This document shows, piece after piece, positions 26,907-36,220 of a stretch of DNA of 64,000 nucleotides. Below the pieces are notes generated by a model that was given only the letters and a program-made list of their open reading frames with translations, searched no databases and was not told the DNA's origin. Each line of letters starts with the position of its first letter. The stretch's first letter is position 1. Origin of the DNA: Thermoanaerobaculia bacterium. GTDB taxonomy: Bacteria; Acidobacteriota; Thermoanaerobaculia; UBA5066; Gp7-AA6. Location of the stretch: positions 4,482 through 68,481 of the forward strand of contig DATBFU010000153.1 of NCBI GenBank assembly GCA_036558325.1, in the 5' to 3' direction. Position numbers and translations under genes: made by a program.

Positions 26907-29392
26907 TCGGACGCGGCTCCGGGCTCGCCCGCGCGGTCCTGTTCGCGTCCGCGCTCCTCGCGCCGGCCTGCAAGGAGATCCCGGCCGTCACGGGAAGCGG
27001 CGCCTCCTCGGCCGCTCCCGCGCCGACCGCCGTCGCGGCGTCTCCGACGCCGGCGCCCATCGCCGTCTCGGACGTCCCCGCGGCGGCGGAGTCGTTCCAG
27101 GAGCTCCGCCGCCAGATGGCCGCGCATCTCCCGCCCGGAGAGGACCTCGCCGGCGCGGACGCCGAGCTCGCCCGAATCGAGGCTCGGGTGGACCGCATCG
27201 TCCACGGCCGCGCCCTGTCGTCGGAGGAAGAGGTCCAGCTCGTGGAGCTCCAGGACCTGGAGGTCGATCTCCGGGAGGCGGACTCGGCCGCCGCGAAGCT
27301 CGAGACGGCGCTGACCGCCCGCGCGCGCCAGCTCGAGGAGGACCTCGAGCAGCTTCGCCGCGAGCGCGACCGATGGAACGCGACGTTGCCAAGACTCGAC
27401 GAGCACGACGCGCCGGAGGCGGTTCGCAGGCGCGCTGCGGAGGTCCTCGCGTCGATCGAGGCGTTGAAGACGGACCTCAAGGCCCGGCGTGACGAGTCGC
27501 TGACGTCGCTCGATCGCGTCTCGCGCCTGCGCTCCGAGCTCGCCTCGGCGAGAGCCCAGATGTCCGAGCGGCGCGCGCAGGCGCAACGGCGGATCTTCGA
27601 CCTCTCCGAAGCCCCGATCTGGCGGACGCCGTGGGCGCGCCGGATGGGGCGCGGCGCCGGGGAACGTCTCGCGCGGGATTTCGCGCGGCTTTCGGAGTTC
27701 GCCGCGCAGCGCGGCCCGTTCGCGGGAGCCCGCTTCCTGCTGCTCTTCGCCGTGAGCCTCGGCGTCATCCTCGCGCTGCGGGCGCCGGCGCGGGAGAGCG
27801 CCAAGAGCGATCCGAAGGCGCGGGGTTTCCTCCGGCTCATCGACCGGCCGGTGGCCGCGTCCGCGTTGATCGCGATCCTGACGCTCGTCTGGTCCACGCC
27901 CTCCGGGGTGGCGCCGGCGCTCTTCTGGGACGGCCTCTGGGTCGTCCTGATCGTCACGACGGCCTTCCTCCTGAACCGGCTGTTCGGCCGGACGGTCTGG
28001 CGCAGCGTGGATTCCGTCGCCCTCGCGTCGTGCCTCGTGCCGCTCCGATACCTCTACGAGCAGGAGCCGCTCCTCGACCGCATCGTGCTCATCCTTCAGG
28101 TCGGGATGGTCGGCGCGGCCCTCGCCGCCGACTGGAAGGGCGGCCGGTGGCAGGCCATCTTCGCGGAGAAATGGCCGAAGCGCGTGGTGACCGCGGTCAT
28201 CGCCGTCGCGATCGTCGCCTGCTCGGCCTCGCTCGTTCTCGCGATCTTCGGATACGTCGGTTCGGGACGTCTGATCCGCACGGGGACGCTCGCCGTCATC
28301 GGCCTCGGCATGGTTTCGATCGGCGCCTATTCGCTCCTCTACGGCATCGCGGGCGCGCTGCTCTCGACCCGGGCCGGCCGCGCGCTCCATCTCGTCCAGA
28401 ACCACGACGGCGCGATCCGCCTCTTCCTGCGCCGCGCCATCGGAATCCTGGTCGCGGCGGAGTGGATCTCGTGGTCGCTCTTCTCGTTCGGCCTGAGGGA
28501 GCCGGTTTCGCGGGCGCTCCGGGGGACGCTCGGCGCCACGCTGCACGTGGGCTCGGCGACGCTCTCGATCTCCGGGATCCTCACCTTCGTGCTCGTGCTC
28601 GTCGGGACGTTCGTCGCGGCCGCCGCGGTGAAGTTCCTGCTGGAGGACGAGATCTTTCCCCGGTTCCGCCTCTCGCGCGGGCTTCCCTTCACGATCACGA
28701 CGACCGCCCGCTACGCGATCCTCGTCGCGGGCATCGTGCTCGCGTTCAGCGCGGCGGGAATCAGCCTCTCGAAAGTGACGCTCCTCGCCGGCGCGCTCGG
28801 CGTCGGCCTCGGCTTCGGTCTCCAGAACCTCGTCTCGAATTTCGTGGCGGGCCTGATCCTCCTCTTCGAGCGGCCGATCCAGGTCGGCGACGTCGTGGAC
28901 GTCGGATTCGTCGGCACCGTCGCCCGCATCGGCATGCGCTCCTCGACGGTGCGCACCGCCGAGGGCGCCGAGGTCATCGTGCCCAACGGCGATCTGATCT
29001 CGAAGAGCTTCACGAACTGGACGCTCTCGGACCGGAGGCGACGCGTCGAGATCAAGGTGGGCGTCGCGTATGGAACGGACCCCGAGAAGGTCATCGCGCT
29101 GCTCCTCCAGGCGGCGAGCGACCACCCCGAGGCCCTCGCGGATCCGGCGCCGGCGGCGTACTTCGTGGGGTTCGGCGACAGCTCGATCGATTTCGTGCTC
29201 CACGTCTGGGCGGCGCGGTTCGAACAGGCCCTGTCGCTCCAGAGCGCGGTGCGTCGCGCCGTCAACCGGCTGTTCGGGGAGGCGGGCATCGAGATCCCGT
29301 TCCCGCAGAGGGACGTGAACCTGAAAGGGCCGATCGCGCCGGCGCCTCCGTCTCCGCTTCCCGAGCCGCCCGCGAAAGAGACGTCGGGCTAG
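26903..29392 (+). CDS. Mechanosensitive ion channel family protein (MscS/MscK-like, large)
   Basis: Signal/lipobox-like ALLAPAC, a long coiled-coil periplasmic region, multiple TM helices, and the MscS core LQNLVSNFVAGLILLFERPIQVGDVV. GTG 26903 overlaps the upstream stop (GTGA). Confidence 0.85.
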   Translation: MIGRGSGLARAVLFASALLAPACKEIPAVTGSGASSAAPAPTAVAASPTPAPIAVSDVPAAAESFQELRRQMAAHLPPGEDLAGADAELARIEARVDRIVHGRALSSEEEVQLVELQDLEVDLREADSAAAKLETALTARARQLEEDLEQLRRERDRWNATLPRLDEHDAPEAVRRRAAEVLASIEALKTDLKARRDESLTSLDRVSRLRSELASARAQMSERRAQAQRRIFDLSEAPIWRTPWARRMGRGAGERLARDFARLSEFAAQRGPFAGARFLLLFAVSLGVILALRAPARESAKSDPKARGFLRLIDRPVAASALIAILTLVWSTPSGVAPALFWDGLWVVLIVTTAFLLNRLFGRTVWRSVDSVALASCLVPLRYLYEQEPLLDRIVLILQVGMVGAALAADWKGGRWQAIFAEKWPKRVVTAVIAVAIVACSASLVLAIFGYVGSGRLIRTGTLAVIGLGMVSIGAYSLLYGIAGALLSTRAGRALHLVQNHDGAIRLFLRRAIGILVAAEWISWSLFSFGLREPVSRALRGTLGATLHVGSATLSISGILTFVLVLVGTFVAAAAVKFLLEDEIFPRFRLSRGLPFTITTTARYAILVAGIVLAFSAAGISLSKVTLLAGALGVGLGFGLQNLVSNFVAGLILLFERPIQVGDVVDVGFVGTVARIGMRSSTVRTAEGAEVIVPNGDLISKSFTNWTLSDRRRRVEIKVGVAYGTDPEKVIALLLQAASDHPEALADPAPAAYFVGFGDSSIDFVLHVWAARFEQALSLQSAVRRAVNRLFGEAGIEIPFPQRDVNLKGPIAPAPPSPLPEPPAKETSG

Positions 29393-31818
29393 CCGATCGG
29401 CCTTCCGGGAGGAGGCTCGATCCGCTTGCCCCGCGGTTTGCGCGTCTCCGGCTTGTCGAGGAAGTCCGAGAGATCGCGCACGGCCTGGCGGACGTGCGCC
29501 GCCGCGGCGGGATCCGCCGGTGTGCGTGCACGCAGGTCGCCGCGCAGGCGCTCGAGTCGGAAGAAGACCGCCGCGCGCGCCTCGGGCGCGGTCTCGGGAC
29601 GCGCGGCGAGATCCATCATGGCGTCGAGCGTCTCGCGCTGCGCCACGCGGCGCAGCCCGGCGAGGCGCTCCGACGAGTCCGCGCGCGCGCCCCACGTCGC
29701 CTGGACCAGGCGAGCGAGCTCCGCATCGAGGGTCAGGGCGTCGGCCCCCGAAGCGAGCGAGAGACGCGCGGCGCGCTCGGGCTCGAGCAGGGGATCGACG
29801 ATCAGGGCGGCGAGCGTGCGCGCGGCCGTCAGCCGGTCGAAGGCGGGACCGGCCTCGGATGCGAAGCGCTCGCGGCTCGGGGCCGTGTTGGGCGCCGGCA
29901 CGAGCGCGGCGAGGACGCGGTCTGGGATGTCCAGGTTCTCGGGCGCGAGGGCCGCGAGGAGAAGGTCGAGCGCCTCCTTCTGCTTCGCCGCGGGAACCCA
30001 GGCGACCGGGATCTGCCCGTCGCCGGCCACCGCGGTCGTCTGGAACTGACCGCCGACGAACTGCTGCGCCGCCTGGATTCCGAAGCGGTGGTACAGGTAG
30101 GCGAGGTTGAAGCGCTCCTGGAGACTCGCGACCCATTCGCCGGGACGCAGCTGACCGGCGCCGAAACGTTCGAGGATGACGCGGCGAACGTCCTGCGTCG
30201 TCGCGAGCCATCGCACCGGATCCGGGCCCCAGTCGTATTCGGCCCAGCGCGGATCGCTCTCGAGCGGATAGACGATGCCCTTCGCGTAGGCCGCGCGGAT
30301 GATCGCGTCGAGGCGCGCCGGATCTTCTTCCGGCGTGTAGGCCCACTGGATCGCGAGGCGGTCATAGGAGCCGACGTCCTTCGGGTAGGCGTCGGAGAGG
30401 TCCAGGGCCCCGTTGCGCAGCTCGATGTGCGGCGCGAGGTAGTCCATGACGGAGCCCCACCCGAACGTCGTCGCGGCCCAGTTGTGCTCGAGCCCGATCG
30501 TGTGCCCCACTTCATGCGCCGAGAGATACGCCAGACGCGCGAGCACCAGGGCCTCCTCGCCGTCGGGATCCCCCGCCGCCAGGAACGCCAGGTCCGGCGC
30601 GTCGCCGGCCAGGCAGGCGCGTCCCGGGTTCGGAGGCTCGAGATTCCGCCACATGCGCGCCGTCGTCCGCCGGCGGTGCGAATCGATGCGCGCGACGCCG
30701 TGCAGGATCTCGCCGGTCCGCGGATCGACCTGGATATCTCCGATCGACCACGCGCGCTCGGCGCGATTGATCCACTCGATGCCCGAGTAGCGCGCGTCGA
30801 GAAACGTGGCGCCGTCCGGCAGATCCTTCAAGACGAAAGCGTTGCGGAATCCGGCGAGCTCGAAGGCATGGTTCCACCACAGCGCGGCGTCGCGGATCGC
30901 GGTTCGTTCGGGCTCGGGAATGGCGCGGTCCAGGTAATACACGATCGGCTGGACGGGTTCGGAAACCGCGGCCGACGGGTCCTTCTTCTGAAGCCGCCAC
31001 CGCGTCGTCAAGTACTTCTCGATCGGCTCGTCGAAGCGCGCCGCGTGATCCACGCGCCGCACCGCGATGATGCCCACGCGCGGATCGAGCGGCCGAACGC
31101 GGAAGCCGGGCTCCGGCATCTTCCAGAAGGTGTGGTGCGCGCGGAGGCTCATGGTGTGTCCGTCCGGGAGCACGGCGGCGACGGCCGGGGGCGGGCTGTC
31201 GCAGACGAACGTCTGAACCGCCTCGATCTCGGTATTGCGGGGAAAGGCTCCCGTGCGGTCGAAGTGGATCGCCGAGCGCGCGACGTCCTGTCGCCACTCG
31301 CCGACGTGCGACGCCCGCAGGATCGGGAGCACCTCGGAGTCCGCGAGGAGGAACGGCGTGGCGTCCACCAGGACGCGGTCGCCCTCCTCCGCCTCGATCG
31401 GGAGGGACGCGCGCACGGAGATCGGGAACGATTCGGCGACGGCCCGCGCCCGCTCGGCGTCGTTCGCCCCGCTCATCTGGGTCGTCTGGAGCTGCACGAG
31501 GAGCACACGCGGGCCCGACCGCTCGAAGCGGCACACGCCGAGCGCGCCCGACTGCCCGCGGTCGAGCGACGCCTCGAGGAGGCCCGCGCCTCCCGCGAGC
31601 CCGGAGCCGTAGAGAAACTCCTCGCCGAAGCGCGAGATCTCGAGGAGGAACTGACCCTTGCGCGCGTCCCAGTAGTACGGCAGAAAGCCGTCCTGGCGGG
31701 TCAGGCCCCGCGATCTCTCGGCGATCGTCGCGATGGCAGCCGCTGCGGGCGGCGGGGGCGTGGGAGTCGCGGCGGCAGGCGCGGCGCGAAGCAGCAGGAG
31801 AAAAGCCAGGACGTTCAT
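29389..31818 (-). CDS. Secreted zinc-dependent metalloprotease (large, DUF5117/DUF4953-type architecture)
   Basis: HExxH in SAHEVGHTIGLEHNW. Signal peptide MNVLAFLLLLRAAPAAA at ATG 31818. The upstream part of track ORF ..32073 lacks protein-like character. Confidence 0.8.
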   Translation of the reverse strand: MNVLAFLLLLRAAPAAATPTPPPPAAAAIATIAERSRGLTRQDGFLPYYWDARKGQFLLEISRFGEEFLYGSGLAGGAGLLEASLDRGQSGALGVCRFERSGPRVLLVQLQTTQMSGANDAERARAVAESFPISVRASLPIEAEEGDRVLVDATPFLLADSEVLPILRASHVGEWRQDVARSAIHFDRTGAFPRNTEIEAVQTFVCDSPPPAVAAVLPDGHTMSLRAHHTFWKMPEPGFRVRPLDPRVGIIAVRRVDHAARFDEPIEKYLTTRWRLQKKDPSAAVSEPVQPIVYYLDRAIPEPERTAIRDAALWWNHAFELAGFRNAFVLKDLPDGATFLDARYSGIEWINRAERAWSIGDIQVDPRTGEILHGVARIDSHRRRTTARMWRNLEPPNPGRACLAGDAPDLAFLAAGDPDGEEALVLARLAYLSAHEVGHTIGLEHNWAATTFGWGSVMDYLAPHIELRNGALDLSDAYPKDVGSYDRLAIQWAYTPEEDPARLDAIIRAAYAKGIVYPLESDPRWAEYDWGPDPVRWLATTQDVRRVILERFGAGQLRPGEWVASLQERFNLAYLYHRFGIQAAQQFVGGQFQTTAVAGDGQIPVAWVPAAKQKEALDLLLAALAPENLDIPDRVLAALVPAPNTAPSRERFASEAGPAFDRLTAARTLAALIVDPLLEPERAARLSLASGADALTLDAELARLVQATWGARADSSERLAGLRRVAQRETLDAMMDLAARPETAPEARAAVFFRLERLRGDLRARTPADPAAAAHVRQAVRDLSDFLDKPETRKPRGKRIEPPPGRPIG

Positions 31819-31927
31819 CGGCACCTCTTCTCGCTCGGCGATGCGCGCGGATCTTAACGCGGCGGTCGGCCTCCAGCGTCCGGCCGGCCCGCGAAACCGC
31901 GCCATCCCCCGCGGCGTACTTGCCGGC

Positions 31928-32515
31928 ATGACGAACGCGGCGCGCCTGCTCTCGCTCAACGTCGCGGTCCCGGCGGTGTTTCCCCTTCGGGGCAGGGACG
32001 TCCGCACCGGAATCTTCAAGGAACCGGTTTCGGGCCGCATCGCCTTGACGCGCCTGACTCTCGCGGGCGACATTCAGGCCGACAAGCGCGTCCACGGCGG
32101 CCCGAATCAAGCCGTCTACGTCTTCCCGTCCGAGCACTATCCGCATTTCCGGCGCGCGCTCGGCCGTCCGGATCTTCCGTTCGGCTTCTTCGGCGAGAAC
32201 TTCACGACCGAGGGTCTGCACGAGGAGGAAGTCCGCGTCGGCGACGTGTACCGCGTGGGGAACGCCGTCGTCCAGGTCACCAAGCCGCGCGCGCCCTGCT
32301 TCAAGATGGGGTTGAAGGCAGGCTCTCAGGGATTCGTGCGGGAGCTGCTCGAGAGCCGCCGCCTCGGTTTCTACCTGCGGGTGCTCGAGGAAGGCGACGT
32401 CGGCTCTGGCGACCCCATCGAGCGGATCGCAACGGAGGAGAGTGCGCCGACGATCGCCGAGGACATCGAGCGGCGTTATTTCGGACGGGGCTCGGCCGCG
32501 GCGGCCGGCGTCTGA
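31928..32515 (+). CDS. MOSC domain-containing protein (YiiM-like)
   Basis: GDIQADKRVHGGPNQAVYVF and VQVTKPRAPCFKMG (conserved Cys) motifs. Confidence 0.8.
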   Translation: MTNAARLLSLNVAVPAVFPLRGRDVRTGIFKEPVSGRIALTRLTLAGDIQADKRVHGGPNQAVYVFPSEHYPHFRRALGRPDLPFGFFGENFTTEGLHEEEVRVGDVYRVGNAVVQVTKPRAPCFKMGLKAGSQGFVRELLESRRLGFYLRVLEEGDVGSGDPIERIATEESAPTIAEDIERRYFGRGSAAAAGV

Positions 32516-32518
32516 GAA

Positions 32519-34015
32519 CTAGACCAGGACGTCGAGCTTCGCCCGCTCGGGCCGCGAAACCGCGGCGTAGGCGGACCACGCGCGCGCCAGACGCCGCACG
32601 CCCTCCTCCATCGGCTCGCGGTCGAGCACGAAGGGCAGCCGCAGGTATTCGGCGAAGCCGCGATCGGGCGAAGCGAGCGAGCCGGGCACGAACGCGACGC
32701 CGTGCCGCAGCGCGACCTGCGCGAACTCGTCGGCGTTGCCGCGCGGCAGGCGCACCCAGAGCGACAGCCCGCCGGCCGGCGCTGTCCACGTCCAGTCGGG
32801 CAGATGCTTCGCCAGGAGCTTCGTCAGGCGGTCGTAGCGCTCCCGGATCTGCGCCCGGCGCACCTCGCGCATCTCGTCGGCCTTGCGCAGCAGGCGCACC
32901 GCGGCGAGCTGCGAGAGGATCGAGCCGCCGAGATCCGCCATGATCCGCCGGCGCGCGATCCGCGACAGAAATGCCTCCGATGCCCGGATCCAGCCGACGC
33001 GGAGTCCGCCCCAGAAGAGCTTGGAGAGCGAGCCGACGGTCAGGATCGGAGCGGTGGGCTCGTAGGCCGCCAGGGCCGCCGGGGCCTTGCCCGACAGCGA
33101 GAGGTCGGCGAGCGTGTTGTCTTCGACGATCGGAAGCCCGCGCTCGCGCGAGAGCAGGGCGACGGCCCGCCGTTGGCGGTCGGGCATCAGCGCGCCGGTC
33201 GGGTTCTGGTACGTCGGCATCAGATAGAGCAGCCGCGGCGACGTCTTCCGGACGATGTCCGCGAGAACGTCGGGACGGGGTCCATCCTTCTCGACCGGAA
33301 CCGGGGTCAGGCGCGCGCCGACGCTCGAGAAGATGTCGATCGCTCCGAGGTACGTCGGGTTCTCGAGCACGACGGCGTCGCCGCGGCGCAGGAAGGCGGC
33401 CGCCGCGAGCGCCACCGCCTGCTGCGCCCCGCAGGTCACGAGAATCTGCTCCGCGGCGGTCGGCAGGCCGCGCGAGGAGAGATATCCGGCGATCGCGCCG
33501 CGCAGCTCCGGCAGGCCCATCGGAAGATAGCCCGCTCCCTGCACCAGCTCCGCGAGCGCCCGACGATCGATCGCCGCGAGCTCCGGAAGGAGAAAGTCTC
33601 CGCCGGGAAGGTGTGCCGCGAGAAACTCGATCGTCCCGCCGGAGCCCTCGATCAGGCCGCGATAGAGCGGATGGCCGCGGAAAGAGCCCGGCCCCTCCTC
33701 GGCCGGAAGGCCCGGAGCGCCGGCGCTCCCGGAGGCGACGCGCGTCCCGCTGCCCTGCCGGCTCTCGAGCCAGCCCTCCTCGCGGAGAAGCTCGTAGGCC
33801 GCGACGACCGTCGTCCGCGAGACCGAGAGGAGGCGCGCCATCACCCGCTCGGCCGGCAGCCTCTCGCCGGGTCCGACTTCGCCGCGGCGGATGGCGACGG
33901 TCAGGGCGGACGCCAGCCGACGGTAGGCCGGGCCCTCGCCTTCGGCCCAGTTGCCGAGCGCTCGCACGAACTCGAGCGGACCGCGCGAGTTCCGCCGCTC
34001 CCGGGCCCAGTCCAT
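32519..34015 (-). CDS. MocR-type regulator (GntR-family HTH fused to a PLP aminotransferase-like domain)
   Basis: N-terminal winged HTH (LPAERVMARLLSVSRTTVVAAYELLREEGWLESRQGSGTRV) plus a fold-type-I aminotransferase domain. It is divergent from ilvE. An alternative start lies at 34069. Confidence 0.85.
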   Translation of the reverse strand: MDWARERRNSRGPLEFVRALGNWAEGEGPAYRRLASALTVAIRRGEVGPGERLPAERVMARLLSVSRTTVVAAYELLREEGWLESRQGSGTRVASGSAGAPGLPAEEGPGSFRGHPLYRGLIEGSGGTIEFLAAHLPGGDFLLPELAAIDRRALAELVQGAGYLPMGLPELRGAIAGYLSSRGLPTAAEQILVTCGAQQAVALAAAAFLRRGDAVVLENPTYLGAIDIFSSVGARLTPVPVEKDGPRPDVLADIVRKTSPRLLYLMPTYQNPTGALMPDRQRRAVALLSRERGLPIVEDNTLADLSLSGKAPAALAAYEPTAPILTVGSLSKLFWGGLRVGWIRASEAFLSRIARRRIMADLGGSILSQLAAVRLLRKADEMREVRRAQIRERYDRLTKLLAKHLPDWTWTAPAGGLSLWVRLPRGNADEFAQVALRHGVAFVPGSLASPDRGFAEYLRLPFVLDREPMEEGVRRLARAWSAYAAVSRPERAKLDVLV

Positions 34016-34142
34016 TTTGTGAGAAGTGGCTATTGAACGCCTCCTGAATGAGACCGATTCTAGGGCCACATCATGAGGCTGTCAAAATGGCATTGAAAAG
34101 AGGCCTCGGAGCAGAATTCGGAGAGTTTTGAGGAGGTCGCCC

Positions 34143-35150
34143 ATGCCCCTTCCCCGCCACGCCTACTTCCGCGGCCACATCGTCCCCTACTCGGAGGCCC
34201 GCGTCGGAGTCCTGACGCACGCGCTGAACTACGGCACGGCCTGTTTCGCGGGGCTCCGCGCATACTGGAACGGCGACGAGGAAGAGCTCTTCGTCTTCCG
34301 GCCGCGCGATCACTTCCGGCGCTTCCTCGATTCCACACGACTGCTCGGCATGGAGCTCCCGGACACGCCCGAGACCTTCAGCGCCGCCCTGATCGAGCTC
34401 CTCCGGGCCGAGCTCCTCCGCGAGGACTCCTACGCGCGCCCGCTCGCCTTCTATGCCGACGAATCGGTCGGCGTCCGCCTGCATAATCTCAAGCCCGAGG
34501 TCTCCATGGTGGCGTTTCCGTACGGCCGCTATCTCGACAACGACGAGAACCTCCACCTGATGATCTCGTCGTGGCGCCGCGTGGACGACAACATGATTCC
34601 CGCGCGCGGCAAGATCGCCGGCGCCTACGTGAATTCGGCGCTCGCCAAGAGCGACGCGCAGCGCGCCGGCTTCGACGACGCGATCCTGCTGACGCAGTCC
34701 GGGCACGTCTCCGAGAGCTCGGCGGCGAACGTGTTCCTCGTCCGCAACGGCGTCGTCGTGACCCCGGGAATCACCGACGACGTGCTGGAGGGAATCACGC
34801 GCCGGACGATCCTCGAGCTCGCGCAGAAGGAGCTGGGGCTGACGGTCGTCGAGCGGACGGTGGATCGCACGGAGATCTTCCTCGCCGACGAGATGTTCGT
34901 CTGCGGCACCGGCGTCCAGGTCGGCGCGGTCACGCGCGTCGATCACCGCGCGATCGGCGCGGGGCGCATGGGTCCCGTCGTCGCGGAGCTGCGCCGCGTC
35001 TACTTCGACGTCGTCCGCGGCCGCCGGCGCGAGTACCGGCACTGGTGCGCGCCGGTCTATTCGGGCGAGAAGGACTTCGCGAAGCCGGAGCCGGAGCGCG
35101 ACCGGCCGGCGGTCGCCAAGGACTCTCCCAACCTGCGTCTGGCCCGCTGA
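34143..35150 (+). CDS. ilvE: Branched-chain amino acid aminotransferase (class IV)
   Basis: GVLTHALNYGTACFAGLRAY, RGKIAGAYVNSALAKSDA and ESSAANVF motifs. GAGGAGG Shine-Dalgarno upstream of ATG 34143. Confidence 0.85.
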   Translation: MPLPRHAYFRGHIVPYSEARVGVLTHALNYGTACFAGLRAYWNGDEEELFVFRPRDHFRRFLDSTRLLGMELPDTPETFSAALIELLRAELLREDSYARPLAFYADESVGVRLHNLKPEVSMVAFPYGRYLDNDENLHLMISSWRRVDDNMIPARGKIAGAYVNSALAKSDAQRAGFDDAILLTQSGHVSESSAANVFLVRNGVVVTPGITDDVLEGITRRTILELAQKELGLTVVERTVDRTEIFLADEMFVCGTGVQVGAVTRVDHRAIGAGRMGPVVAELRRVYFDVVRGRRREYRHWCAPVYSGEKDFAKPEPERDRPAVAKDSPNLRLAR

Positions 35151-35177
35151 CGGGGCCGGTTCCGCGATAGGATTCGG

Positions 35178-35207
35178 GCCGCGGAGCGGTGGGATCGGCT
35201 CCGCGGC
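35178..35207 (+). terminator. Perfect 10-bp GC hairpin between ilvE and the PilZ gene (terminator-like, no U-tract)
   Basis: GCCGCGGAGC-ggtgggatcg-GCTCCGCGGC. It starts 28 nt after the ilvE stop and ends 4 nt before ATG 35212. Confidence 0.35.
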
Positions 35208-35211
35208 TCCG

Positions 35212-35529
35212 ATGGCGGACAAAAGAAAATTTCCGCGGGTCAAAAGGCGCCTCGTCTTCGAGTTTCACCTCGCGGGCGGCGCCTACTACGGGTTTACGTA
35301 CAACCTTTCGCCGCTGGGCGTCTTCGTGCGCTCCATCCGCATCCCGAACCTCGGCACGTCGCTCGAGGCCGAGCTCCATCTGCCCGACGGCAAGCGGATC
35401 CCGCTCGCCGGAAAGGTCGTGCGCTCCTACCGCGCCCCCACGGCCCTCGCCCGGCTGGTCCCGAGCGGTTTCGGTCTCGCGCTGACATCGAGCCCGGAGG
35501 AATACTTCCAGTTCCTCGGGACGCTCTAA
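35212..35529 (+). CDS. PilZ domain protein (c-di-GMP receptor candidate)
   Basis: RKFPR (RxxxR) and NLSPLG ([D/N]xSxxG) motifs at the expected spacing. 105 aa. Confidence 0.75.
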   Translation: MADKRKFPRVKRRLVFEFHLAGGAYYGFTYNLSPLGVFVRSIRIPNLGTSLEAELHLPDGKRIPLAGKVVRSYRAPTALARLVPSGFGLALTSSPEEYFQFLGTL

Positions 35530-35557
35530 GCCCTGGGCCGCGCGACCTCGCGCTCTC

Positions 35558-36151
35558 CTATTTCTTCGCCGGCGCCGGCGCCGCAGGCTCCCGATACTCG
35601 GGAACGTGGTTGACGATCGCCGGGATCGACTTCAGGTAGGCGAAGATCGCCTTCAGGTCGTCGTCGGTCGCTTTCCCGGCCCACGGCCACGGCATCGGCG
35701 GCTGGATCGGCCGCGACGTCCCCATGTGCTTCCCGGTTCGCAGGGCTTTGAGGAACATCTCCTCGGTCCAGATGCCGAGGCCCGTGTTCTGATCGGGCGT
35801 CAGGTTCGCGGCGTAGGAGACGCCCCACGGCCCGGAGAAGGCGGTGAACGTGGCGGCGAAGGACGAGATCCACGGGCCCGACGGCGGCGGCGGGGGCGGC
35901 AGCTTCATCCCCTCCGGGTGGCCCGAGAGCATGCGCGTCATGTCGGGCTCCGGCCCGTTCGGCCCCATCTTCATCGGCGTGTGGCAGTCGTTGCATCCCA
36001 TGATGGTCACGAGATACTTTCCGCGCTCGACCTTCGACGAGCCCGCGGCCGCCCGCCGCTTGGCGACCGGGTCGGACCCGGCGAGCAGCGTCCAGGGAAT
36101 CGCGACGAGCGCGGCGAGCAGAAACAGCTTCTCCATTCGGTGGCGATGCAT
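35558..36151 (-). CDS. Monohaem c-type cytochrome, secreted
   Basis: Signal peptide LFLLAALVAIPWTLLAG and the haem-binding site CNDCH. It is the C-terminal part of track ORF 35558..37474. An alternative start lies at 36136. Confidence 0.7.
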   Translation of the reverse strand: MHRHRMEKLFLLAALVAIPWTLLAGSDPVAKRRAAAGSSKVERGKYLVTIMGCNDCHTPMKMGPNGPEPDMTRMLSGHPEGMKLPPPPPPSGPWISSFAATFTAFSGPWGVSYAANLTPDQNTGLGIWTEEMFLKALRTGKHMGTSRPIQPPMPWPWAGKATDDDLKAIFAYLKSIPAIVNHVPEYREPAAPAPAKK

Positions 36152-36205
36152 CCGCGGTCCTCCTTCGTTTTCGGTTGCGCGGTTCGTCGCCGGGCATTGT
36201 AAACG

Positions 36206-36211
36206 TACAAT
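36206..36211 (+). promoter_or_regulatory. -10-like hexamer TACAAT 9 nt upstream of ATG 36221 (probable leaderless transcript), inside the palindrome ATTGTA-aacg-TACAAT
   Basis: cATTGTAaacgTACAATCCCGCCCGCATG with no Shine-Dalgarno. The same string occurs at 22118-22133. Confidence 0.4.
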
Positions 36212-36220
36212 CCCGCCCGC

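Noticed and set aside
26867-31857. Very long overlapping ORFs: 26867-30346 minus (1159 aa) and 27631-31857 plus (1408 aa)
   Set aside because: They run antisense to, or out of frame with, the MscS and metalloprotease genes. They are extremely Arg/Gly/Pro-rich with no motifs, so they are shadow ORFs rather than a giant novel protein.
34073-34096. 7-codon mini-ORF (MRLSKWH) upstream of ilvE as a branched-chain amino-acid leader peptide
   Set aside because: It contains no Ile/Val/Leu run and no associated terminator/antiterminator structure. The MocR regulator gives a simpler control model.
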